A stretch of 21,721 nt of DNA. Source: Azolla caroliniana (lineage: Eukaryota > Plantae > Polypodiophyta). A program made the translations under genes and the position numbers. Shown in pieces: positions 1 to 8,748 of this stretch (within the stretch, counting starts at the first letter, position 1; each line of letters starts with the position of its first letter). Below the pieces are notes generated by a model. That model searched no databases, was not told the DNA's origin, and saw only the letters and a program-made list of their open reading frames with translations. The DNA is taken from NCBI GenBank assembly GCA_043228905.1, contig JBHGNT010000523.1, forward strand, positions 1 through 21,721. The letters run 5' to 3'.

Positions 1-15
1 ACGTCGGGTTCACCA
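1..15 (-). promoter_or_regulatory. Primer-binding site (tRNA-Trp) of Gypsy-1 LTR retrotransposon
   Basis: The + strand reads ACGTCGGGTTCACCA, matching the 3' end of plant cytosolic tRNA-Trp(CCA) including CCA (from recall, not a search). It lies 4 nt from the LTR terminus TG at 20. The same motif recurs at 4881-4896. Confidence 0.85.
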
Positions 16-19
16 AAGA

Positions 20-758
20 TGTCGCATTATTACGCGCGTGCGTGGAGAAAGGCGGGACCACGGGGGTCTTGGACTAGGGAGTGACGGAGCGTAGGAAGTC
101 GTGCTTCACCGTTTCCGGGGGATCCCAAAACAACACCGGAAGCGACCGAAGGGAGAGAGAGAAAGAGAGGGAGCGCGCGCTTAACACCGACTCACGCACA
201 CATACACACATGTCGACCCGACTCACGCCCTTATGTACAGGAAACGCAGGAAAGGGGAAGCACCCGACACCAACAGAGATGCGAATATACACAGACAGAC
301 GCAACGTATATATATATATAAAAGGAAGAATACATTCCCGGCTTCGAGCCGGACCAAGGTAGGTTACAGCAGTCGTCTGTTGTCAAGCCACCGTCGGGGA
401 GTTCTCGGCTCGTCGCGCCGAGCGGGGTCTTGCACAGGAGGCCGAGCCAAAGCAAACCCTAAGCAAAAGACGAAGGGGGGAGAAGAAGAAGAAGAAGAAG
501 TAACTAACCCTAAATCTAACGGTATACCCTCTGAAGCAAAATGGGCAACCCTTTCACAAAGGGCGCTCCCTTCCTTTTATAGAACAAGGAGAGGGATGCG
601 TTACAATGTGGGATAAATCCCGACTTAACTACTCTTCGGCGCCATAAAGGCGCCCTCGTTATTCACACTAAATGTACAAGGGTGAGCACACATGCTGCAC
701 CCCGCCGATGTAGCCAATGTTTCCCGGTTTCCACCTCTGGACGAAATTCTTCACGACA
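20..758 (-). mobile_element. 5' LTR of Ty3/gypsy element Gypsy-1 (element body lies left of the window), inserted into pol of Gypsy-2
   Basis: Termini TGTCG...CGACA with an adjacent PBS. TATA box CTATAAAAGG on the - strand at 573-582. Terminal motifs are shared with the LTRs at 4901-5710 and 2658-3290. The pol reading frame (...IFTVPHV) breaks exactly at 759/758. Confidence 0.85.
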
Positions 759-1440
759 ACATGCGGCACGGTAAAGATCACCATTGGTTCGACAATGGTC
801 GGGTCGACGCACCCAATCTCTCCCTGTGACAATGCGAAGGCTTTCCCGTGCCTCTCGAGCATCCTTCTAAACCGGTCCTCTTCCGCCGGCAGTAGGAAGC
901 CACCCCACCGATCTTCAGCTCTCGTAGCGTTTCGTCGGTGAAACAGTGTCCTATGTCGGCCGGATCTCGCAAGCTCGGGTCAGTAGCGACCCCCTTTATT
1001 CGTTCCTAGCTGCCCTCCGGCAAGGGAGCCGCGACGGGCTTCACCTTCCAGTCCACAGTCTTGTACTTGATGTCTACTCGGGCGATCCGATGCACCCTGG
1101 TTTTTCTTTCGAAGTCCGCAATGACTTCATACATGTCGATCGAGTTGACCGGTATGACTCGGTCTTCTCTTAGGCCTCCTTCGACTACCTTCCCGATTTC
1201 TCCAAGGGTGTCATCGAACGAGACCACCTCCACGGCTTCCCCAATTCCTTCATCGTGACTCAAGGCTCCGCACGCCTTTAAGAGTATCTCAGTCCGTTTT
1301 CTTTCTCGGCCACTAATGCTGGCTATGGTACATCCCCCGTTGTCGGAGAACAAAACTTTCCTTCCTATTTTACAGGTGTGGGGAATTTTCCGGCTATCCT
1401 GACTATCGCGACCCCATGCCTTGATAGTCCTTTCTAAAAA
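759..1440 (-). pseudogene. pol: N-terminal part of gypsy pol (region preceding and entering RT), truncated by the Gypsy-1 insertion
   Basis: Stitched ORFs give KYKTVDWKVKPVAAPLP...RFRRMLERHGKAFALSQGEIGCVDPTIVEPMVIFTVPHV, typical of the segment before gypsy RT. Premature TAG at 1006-1008 and a frameshift near 900. Confidence 0.75.
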
Positions 1441-2657
1441 TCTACCTTGTCGTTATTTCCGAGGGTGTCCCTATTCCACTCATGATTCTTCCGAACAGTC
1501 AAAATTTGGACGGAATGACGGCCGTCCGGACTTTTTACCCTCGCATAGGCTGAACCATTGTCCAGCACTTTCGTATCCATTCTAGCCATCGTGATGTATG
1601 GTTTGCCGAGGATGACCAGGTGGGAGGACGTCTCTTGCACGAAAAAGTGTTGGTTTATATCGACGTCTCCGACGCTCACCCAGACGTTCGGGCAAGCCCC
1701 GTGTAGTTCTTCTGTGGCTCTTGTACCCGTGCGTATCTTCCACCCGTGTTTGGTGTTGATCGGCCAATTCCCCTTTTTGTAGAATTCCATGGACATCAGG
1801 TTAATTTCCAACCTGTGGTCGATTAATGCCACCATCGGTTCCTTCACGTCCCCGATACAAACCGGGGTTTCTGTAGTCACTCTTGCCCAGTGTGGCCTGG
1901 CGTAGTGGCTCTCCGCAAGCTCGTCTTCCGCAGCCATCTCGTCGAGGAGTGTCGCCCTTACCTCAGCCGGCTTCTCGGGCTCTGGTTCCGTCGTGAGACG
2001 CTTTCTCTTCACGAGGTCCACGATGTTGTCGTGGAATTCCCTTCTTGCTATGCCAAGCACTTCCCTAAGCGTGAGTTCTATGCGATTGTCAGGAACTCAC
2101 TCCTCTAGAACCTTCTGTAGGTTCGTTGTTTTCTTGATTTCCGAGCTTAAACAGAAGCTTGGAATCCTGCCCTTCTCCTTCTCTTGGGACCCAGTCGACG
2201 TGGAATCATGCCTTTTAGGCGCGCTTCGGGTGTCATACCTCCCCGAAAGGCCCGCTCCCCTAGTTTTTTGTGCTCGCCTTTCATCGATCAGGGCGTCGTA
2301 GTTCCTGCACGCGGCCTCCACAAATCCGGTGCTCTCCTCAACGAGGTCACTCTAGCCGGAAACTTCACGCACACGCTCCTCCGAGCGCTCCGCTTCTCCC
2401 TCCGGTCAAGGTCTCGAGAATAACCGGCCAGAACCCAGGTTTTGAATCGAGTTTGGCCGCCTTTTCGCCTACGCGGATGCCGGCCGAAGCCGAATACTGG
2501 ACGGCTTCGACGTGTCGTGTCGCGGCCTCTTCCATTAGCCTCTTCATGCCACCTCGTCCGAAATTCGCGTCAAGCAACCTTCGTGTATCGCTCGCATGTA
2601 TCCTGCCATTCGAAAGATAAACTACATTACTTCTGAGCGCTTCATCGAGGTCAGCGT

Positions 2658-3290
2658 TATCGTGACGATTTTCGGCTACGGTGTGAAACCGAGTGAGACG
2701 AATAAACCAAGGATGTGCAACATTGCACATACACCTAGCTAAGGCCTAGTGGCACTTGAGTTCATACAGAGGGGTGCAAGCAAGGTTTGAACCTTGCACC
2801 TCTAAGATACAAGATAATTGCCTTACCACTAGGACAACTATCATATAGTGTAAATTTTATGTATTTCCTTTTCATATACAAATTATAGACGAAACAACCA
2901 TAGAAAACCATATGCACAAACCATGGTTCTAAACCCATGGTTTGTGCATGACATAAGCAAAACCGTGTCCACAAAACCATGGTTTTAGCCCATGGTTTTG
3001 TGCATGTCACAAGCATGGAAAGACCTATAAAAGCCTCTACTTGAGCTTGTGTAAGGGGGACTCAATATGTGATATCACCAACACCATTATCATCAATATA
3101 ATTATATTTGTCTTTATCTTCTTCATATTTTCTACTTCTCAAGTGTACAATCTTTCTTCTTCTCAAGTAAACCAATTTCACCTAATCTTACATTGATCGT
3201 CATCTCTTCGATAATTCTACAAACATCCTCCCCAGTCCAAGACCCCGGTGGTCGCTCGAGTAGCACACGCACGTGCGAATCTTCGCAACA
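2658..3290 (+). mobile_element. Solo LTR of a related Trp-primed gypsy family, opposite orientation to its host
   Basis: The 5' end TATCGTGACGATTTTCG aligns with Gypsy-1 TGTCGTGAAGAATTTCG. The 3' end CCAAGACCCCGGTGGTC...CTTCGCAACA matches the reverse complement of 20-80. TATA CTATAAAAG at 3025-3033. Flanks GCGT (2654-2657) and GCAC (3291-3294) fit a decayed 4-bp GCGC TSD, and excision restores gag D-C-A-D-L. Confidence 0.8.
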
Positions 3291-3385
3291 GCACAATCTC
3301 TCTGGGCATGCCCGGTGACGTCGCACCATATGCACCTCTAATTGGCCGTCAGTCGTCGGTCGCGCAGCTGACCCTCATCGCTTCG

Positions 3386-4046
3386 TGTTGGGAGACAGGT
3401 CCCTCCGAATGGGAAGTGAGGAGAACAATGCTGATGAGCAAACTCGGTCGAGGCCGAAACCGGATGTGGAGTACCCAGCTACGGAAGACCCGGTGAGAAC
3501 CGGACGAGGAGTACCCAGCTACAGAAGACCCAGTGAGAACCGGATGAGGAGTAACCGGCAAGAGCCGGATGGTGAAGGCCCGGTGAGAAGTGCTCACCGG
3601 ATGAAGGGACATATTCGCAAATATGTTTTCTGAGGGTCCATCGGGGCTATATTTGTAAATAGCCGAAAAGTCATATTAGTATAAATATGACTTAGGGCAA
3701 GTGTAATGGGGTTGTCATTTCTTGTTGGTGCAAGATTTGAGAGCGTAACAGCGTACAGAGAGAGATAGAGAGGAAGAGGTCATTGCCTCTATTGTAACCG
3801 CCGCCTGAGGCGAAGATAGAAAGCTCGAGGTTGTTGCCTCGGTGCTTTACTGTTGTATATTGTAACATAGTGATAGTTTGCAGCCTGTGGGCTGCCGTGG
3901 TTTTTCCCCTAGTTTGGGTTTTCCACGTAAACATCTTGTGTACTCTTCTCTCCATTGTGTCGTGCATTCATTCCCGTTTTCTGTGTGTGATTCTAAGCCT
4001 CGGTTGTGGCCGAGCGTAGTTCATCGGGAACGTGTAGTTCTTGTCA
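3386..4046 (+). mobile_element. Solo LTR of a Ty1/copia family
   Basis: TG...CA termini with a perfect 5-bp TSD CTTCG (3381-3385 and 4047-4051). Shares blocks with the copia LTR at 6956-7536 (TGTTGGGA start, ATAAATATGACTTAGGGCAA, GTGGTTTTTCCC...GGGTTTTCCACGTAAACATC, CTCGGTTGTGG). Confidence 0.92.
3458..3556. repeat. 40-bp tandem repeat (about 2.4 copies) in U3 of the copia solo LTR
   Basis: CGGAYGWGGAGTACCCAGCTACRGAAGACCCRGTGAGAAC occurs at 3461 and 3501, with a partial copy at 3541. Confidence 0.9.
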
Positions 4047-4880
4047 CTTCGTCAGGCCTGGGCGATCTGGAGGTCGCGCACCATCCTTGTTAGCTCTTCA
4101 AGTTCTACGCCGCCTGCAGCTCCCGCGACTACGTTTGTCGGGGGTGAGCCTAGCTCGAGCCACCTCCTCGTTTCTTCCATTTGGGTCGGCGTCGGCTCAG
4201 CTCTGGTTTCGACAGCTGGTCCAGCCGGCGAGGACCCCTTTTCTTTCCAATCTCGGCGTTTGTCGATCCTGTTGCATACTTCTTTGACGGTCGCCCAGTC
4301 AGTCGTGAGACCGTAGTTGGTTTCAAGAAGAAGACCCACGCTTTTTCCCGAATGCGCGAGTTGAACGACATAATGAAAAATAGGACTTTGCTCGTTTCGA
4401 GCATGGTTTGGTCCAATCTAGAGAGCCGCGCAAATCGTGACTCGAACTCCTGGAGGAGCGCCGAAGCGTTATGACCCTTGTCGGGGCTATTGACCCAATC
4501 CATAAAGTCCTTTTTCGATAGCTAGAGCGAGTCTTCGTAGTTGTACCTTTTGAGAACTTCCTCTCCGAATTCCGCCCAATCGCGACAGCCTGCTTGTATT
4601 TCAGCCATCTCAATATGGATGTGTGGTGTCACGACCCGGGGAAACCTTGTCAGCCGTCTATCCTCGCATATATTCCTCATCTACATTTCAGATTTGTAGG
4701 CCTCTAAGTAACTCGTGGCGTCTTTTCCACTGAACCGGCCTATCTTGTTGATTGTTGCTTCTATGGCCCTGTCAAGGGCACTCGCGCCCTCGCGAGCGCT
4801 AACCAAGCGGTCTACCGCCACCGCCATTGCTTTTGCAAGTTCGCTCCCTCTCATTTTCAGGTTCCTTTGCCGCCCCTCCT

Positions 4881-4896
4881 CATGTCGGGTTCACCA
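4881..4896 (-). promoter_or_regulatory. Primer-binding site (tRNA-Trp) of Gypsy-2
   Basis: CATGTCGGGTTCACCA has one C>T change relative to the tRNA-Trp 3' end. It lies 4 nt from the LTR TG at 4901 and about 25 nt upstream of the gag ATG. Confidence 0.85.
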
Positions 4897-4900
4897 AATA

Positions 4901-5710
4901 TGTCGAGAAATTCCTCGCGGATGCATAGAAGTTGTTCAAGACCACGGGGGTCTTGAACCAAGGAATCAAGAAGTGAGGAGGCAAAGTCTGTGGTTTACGT
5001 AAGCCCTGAGACCGCGGTTAAACAGAGAAGGTTAGCAAAACGAGAGAGAGTGTGTAAGAGGATCGTGTGTAGACACAGGCGCAGACAGAGATGCTGAGAA
5101 CAACTTGCGTTAGGTAGATAAGTTTCTATTAATCAAAACATGCGCATAGCACTGTGGGTGATTACAACCGGATCAGTGCCGGTGATAGAGCGTAGAGCTC
5201 TACAGTAGTTAGATACAAAGATACGTAGGCACGCAGAAGGTCGATCCCCTAGTCGGGAGCTCTCGAGCATCTGACACGAGCAGGAGGAAGCGCCTTCCGG
5301 TGATCCGTCGTAGGACTCCTCCTCTCCCCTCCTCTTTGTTCTTTTTTCTCTCTCTATTTCCTTTCTCCTCTCTCAAAAATCACCTTTCTTTTCCCTTCCT
5401 TTTTGTTCCTTTTTCCCATTTTCTACAGTCAAAGGTCGCTCCTTTTATAGCACAAGGAGCAACTGTTACAAAGCATTCATGACTTGTTGCCTTCCCTTCC
5501 TAGATTCTCCCCCCTAATTCACTCTCCTCATAACTCTCCCTACTTACGCGATGTCTGAATCCCTATTAGTGCCTTAACTACCTAGTACACCTCCTTCTAC
5601 CTATGCCTAGTACTTACACTATTTACTTCACTAGGGGTGTGCACTCATGCACACTAGTGTTCCTGCACGTTTCACATTGTTTCCACCTATGGCCCGGAAT
5701 CTTCACAACA
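4901..5710 (-). mobile_element. 5' LTR of Gypsy-2
   Basis: Imperfect terminal inverted repeat TGTCGAGAAATTCC...GGAATCTTCACAACA. TATA on the - strand at 5441-5450. Copia RT sequence ((D)VKTAFLHG) starts immediately at 5711. Confidence 0.87.
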
Positions 5711-6945
5711 ACGTGAAGACGGCATTCCTTCATGGTGACCTTGAAGAGGAGATATATATGCATCAACCGGAAGGATTTGAGAAGAAAGGGAAGGAGCACC
5801 TAATGTGCCGGCTGAAGAAGAGCTTATACGGACTGAAGCAATCTCCCCGGCAATGGTACCAGAAGTTTGACTTCTTCATGACCGATCAAGGGTACCACAA
5901 GACGCAGGCCGATCACTGTGTATTTGTGAAGAAATTTGATGGAGGAGATTTCCTGATATTGCTCCTATACGTGGACGACATGTTGATCATCGGACGAGAC
6001 CAAGTCAAGATACGGATGTTGAAGAAGGCCCTTAACTGGACCTTCTCAATGAAAGACTTGGGTCCGGCAAGATAGATACTAGGGATGCACATCATCCGGG
6101 ACCGGTCGAAGAAGCAATTGTGGTTGTCACAAGAAAAGTACATGGCAAAGGTGCTTCAGTGATTTAACATGTCAGAAGCAAAACCGGTCAGATCGACACT
6201 CCCGGCAAACTACAGATTATCAGGTAAGCAAAGCCCGAAGACAAAGGTAGAGAAGGCGGATATGATGAAGATTCCATATGCCTCTGCGGACGGGAGCTTG
6301 ATGTACGCAATGGTGTGTACTCGACCGGATATTGGATACGCAGTCGGAGTGGTGAGTCGGTTCATGACAAACCCCGAAAAAGAGCACTGGAATGTGGTAA
6401 AATGGATACTCCGATACTTGAAGAGCACTTCGAGTATGTGCCTCCGATTCGGCTCCGGTAAACCCCGCATGGAAGGATTTACCGATTCGGATATGTTGGC
6501 TAATGTGGACACCATCCGGTCAACTTCCGGATATGTCATGACCTATGCAGGGCGTGCCGTTTCATGGCAGTCGAGGCTGCAGAAGACGGTTGCGTTGTCA
6601 ACCACGGAGGCGGAGTACATGGCAGTCGTGGAAGCCGGCAAGGAAATATTATGGATGAAGGACTTCATTGGAGAGCTAGGGATCCGGCAAGAGGAATATC
6701 GGCTCTACTACGACGGTCAAAGTGCCATCCACCTTGCAAAGAACGCAGCATAACATTCCAGAATGAAGCACATAGAACGCAGGTACCACTAGATCCGGGA
6801 GCAAGTTGAAGATCGAGAGTTCTTGCTAACGAAGATCCACATGGAGGAGAACGGGTCGGATATGTTGACCAAGGTACTAACACCCGACAAGCTGGACACA
6901 TGCCGGAAGCAGATCAGACTTACAAGACATCCCATACCGGAGTGA
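5711..6945 (+). pseudogene. pol: Copia (Tnt1/Tork-like) reverse transcriptase and RNase H, inactivated
   Basis: One reading frame with VKTAFLHGDLEEEIYM, LKKSLYGLKQSPRQW, YVDDML, TRPDI, FTDSD, STTEAEY and KHIE. Premature stops at 6073, 6160, 6751 and 6790; terminal TGA at 6943-6945. Confidence 0.95.
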
Positions 6946-6952
6946 AGGGGGA
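6939..6952 (+). promoter_or_regulatory. Polypurine tract of Copia-A
   Basis: GGAGTGAAGGGGGA lies 3 nt before the LTR start TG at 6956. Confidence 0.85.
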
Positions 6953-6955
6953 TAT

Positions 6956-7536
6956 TGTTGGGAAAAATCGGTCTCTCCGGATGGGATCCAATGATGAATA
7001 AAGAGAACCCGATGAGATTCGAAAGAGATCCGGAAACCGGATTGGTGGACCCAGTGAGAACCTAAAGAGAAGACAGATTTGTAAATATGTCCGGAATAAG
7101 CCCATTGAGGCTATATCTGTAAATAGCCCTAAGTTCATATAACTATAAATATGACTTAGGGCAATCACTTTAGTGAGAGAGCATGAGAGTGTGGTGTTGT
7201 TATTGTTGTTGTCATATTGTTGTAATTATTGTATAGAGAGTGACAGAGTGAGAGAGAGAGAAGGAGATACAGAGAAATACTCTGTTGTAACTGCTAGTTG
7301 GTGAAGATACAGAGCTCGAGGTCATTGCCTCTGAGTCTCTGATTGTACCCTTTCTCTTCATAGTGATAGTTCGGAGTCTATGGGCTCCCGTGGTTTTTCC
7401 CTATTAGGGTTTTCCACGTAAACATCCTGTGTGTTTTCTTTCGTGTACTCTCCACTTCTCATTTCTGTGTTTGATTCTTATAGAAGTGTTTTACTACTCG
7501 GTTGTGGTCGAGCGATATTCCGCGCGTTTCTCATCA
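6956..7536 (+). mobile_element. 3' LTR of Copia-A
   Basis: TGTTGGGA...TCATCA, homologous to 3386-4046. Copia-B gag (...KGDMNR) abuts at 7537, so the expected TSD is CTCGG. Confidence 0.88.
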
Positions 7537-8161
7537 CTCGGTTCATGTCACCTTTTGTGACTAAGGCCTTCGAGTCGGTTGTGGACTCTCTGTCCTTCTG
7601 GCGAGCTTCTTCATTCAGCAAGCTCGACTTCACCATCTTTAGGGATAAATGCTACCCTTCTGGTCTGGCGTTGCCCAATGTGACAACAAGCGTTTCCCAG
7701 CTATCCGGAAGGGATCTCAACAACAATAGCGCCAATACCTCATCGGTAAGAGGTACTTCTAGAGAGGTTGTCTGATTGATTAGACCTTGGAAGGCGTTCA
7801 GGTGCTCAACCATGCTTGAGCCATCTTGATACCTTAGTCTCACTATATTTCTGAAGACTGAAACTCTGTTTACAACGTTCTTGTTTTCGAACATGAACCC
7901 GATCTTTTTCCATAGGATTTCAACATCTGTCTCTTCATTGAAGTTGTTGTATAGACTCATGTCTATAAAACACCTTATGTATGCAGCCACCTTCAGATGC
8001 ATGACTTCCCAAGTCAATGCATCAATCTTGTCAAGCTTGGTCTTACCGTATTGCACCGGCAACCATAAGTCTTTGCATACAAGCATATCCCGTATCTTCA
8101 ACTTCCACACTGAGTAGTTGGAGCCGATTAACTTGAACATTCCACCAAATGAGTCTTCCAT
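7537..8161 (-). pseudogene. gag: Copia gag N-terminal region, truncated by the Copia-A insertion
   Basis: MEDSFGGMFKLIGSNYSVWKLKIRDMLVCKDLW...LLLRSLPDSWETLVVTL...VKSSLLNEE is a copia gag (UBN2-type) signature. Premature TAG at 7652-7654. Confidence 0.9.
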
Positions 8162-8193
8162 TTTCTTTCTTTGCTTGAAGGTTATGAACCTTT

Positions 8194-8205
8194 GCTCTGA
8201 TACCA
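8194..8205 (-). promoter_or_regulatory. Primer-binding site (tRNA-iMet) of Copia-B
   Basis: Canonical TGGTATCAGAGC on the - strand, 3 nt from the LTR end. Confidence 0.95.
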
Positions 8206-8208
8206 ATT

Positions 8209-8748
8209 TGTTAAATATGGGATCAAGCACAACCGACTATCACTCACAAGTGGAAATGAAAGAACAAAAAATGAATACACAAACAAGAGGACATATGATG
8301 TTTACGTGGAAAACCCTAAAAGGGAAAAACCACGAGAGCCCACAGACTCCGAATTGTTACACTATGTATGAGAGGATACAAGGAGACTCACATGCAACAA
8401 CCTCAAGCTCGTCTTCGTTTAACAGACAGTTACAATAGAGTTACTTCTAACTCTCACACACACACTCACACAGCACAGTCAACTCTATACAATGATAACT
8501 AACTCTGCTACAACTTTAACGACTTTCCCTAACTATATTTATACTTATATACAATATGGGCTATTTACAAATATAGCCATAATGGGCACATCTAGGCTAT
8601 TTACAAATATAGCCCAGTTGGATTCAACCGCCGAATCGGTTATCGATCGGTTATGGGTCAGTCAATTTTTCGGCCTCGGTCGAGTTACCTATCGACTCCA
8701 TCTAACTGGGCTCGTGCTCTTCCCATTTGGGGGACCTATTTCCCAACA
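8209..8748 (-). mobile_element. 5' LTR of Copia-B
   Basis: The - strand begins TGTTGGGAAATAGGTCCCCCAAATGGGAAG, like 3386 and 6956, and ends ...TTAACA next to the PBS. Confidence 0.9.

Larger units (their letters stand above)
1434..4854 (-). pseudogene. gag: gag-protease ORF of Gypsy-2, disrupted by stops, frameshifts and two solo LTRs
   Basis: ATG at 4854 (MRGSELAKAM...IGRFSGKDATSYLEAY). Premature stops at 4681-4683, 4522-4524 and 4052-4054. Zinc knuckle CIWCDVTGHAQRDC at 3293-3334. Protease-like ALIDHRLEINLMS (1791-1830) followed by VILGKPY. The frame is restored when both solo LTRs and one TSD copy each are removed. Confidence 0.85.
759..5710 (-). mobile_element. Ty3/gypsy LTR retrotransposon Gypsy-2 (5' portion, decayed), tRNA-Trp primed
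   Basis: Order on the - strand is LTR, PBS, gag with CCHC, aspartic protease, then pre-RT region. No integrase lies between protease and the pre-RT region, which is gypsy-type order. Inserted into the copia RT at 5710/5711. Confidence 0.85.
5711..7536 (+). mobile_element. Ty1/copia element Copia-A, 3' portion (RT-RNaseH, PPT, 3' LTR)
   Basis: RT and RNaseH motifs are followed by a PPT and an LTR. The right end interrupts Copia-B gag at 7536/7537. Confidence 0.92.
7537..8748 (-). mobile_element. Ty1/copia element Copia-B, 5' portion (outermost element of the nest)
   Basis: LTR, tRNA-iMet PBS and gag on the - strand. AT-rich host-like DNA begins at 8749. Confidence 0.9.

Noticed and set aside
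74-616. Several overlapping 74-127 aa ORFs
   Set aside because: They lie within the Gypsy-1 LTR and run through (GA), (TA) and (GAA) microsatellites, with no protein motifs.
2365-2730. 121-aa ORF as an independent gene
   Set aside because: It is a chimera of antisense solo-LTR sequence and the post-zinc-knuckle gag frame.
3458-3556. CRISPR-like array (also considered for 12067-12380)
   Set aside because: These are head-to-tail tandem repeats without unique spacers, in a eukaryotic context with no cas genes.
5647-6075. 142-aa ORF as an LTR-RT fusion gene
   Set aside because: The first 21 codons are antisense gypsy LTR fortuitously in frame with a truncated copia RT that has multiple downstream stops.
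7652-8230. gag start at 8230 as given in the ORF track
   Set aside because: That start lies in the LTR and reads through the PBS. The ATG at 8161 fits copia gag N-termini.
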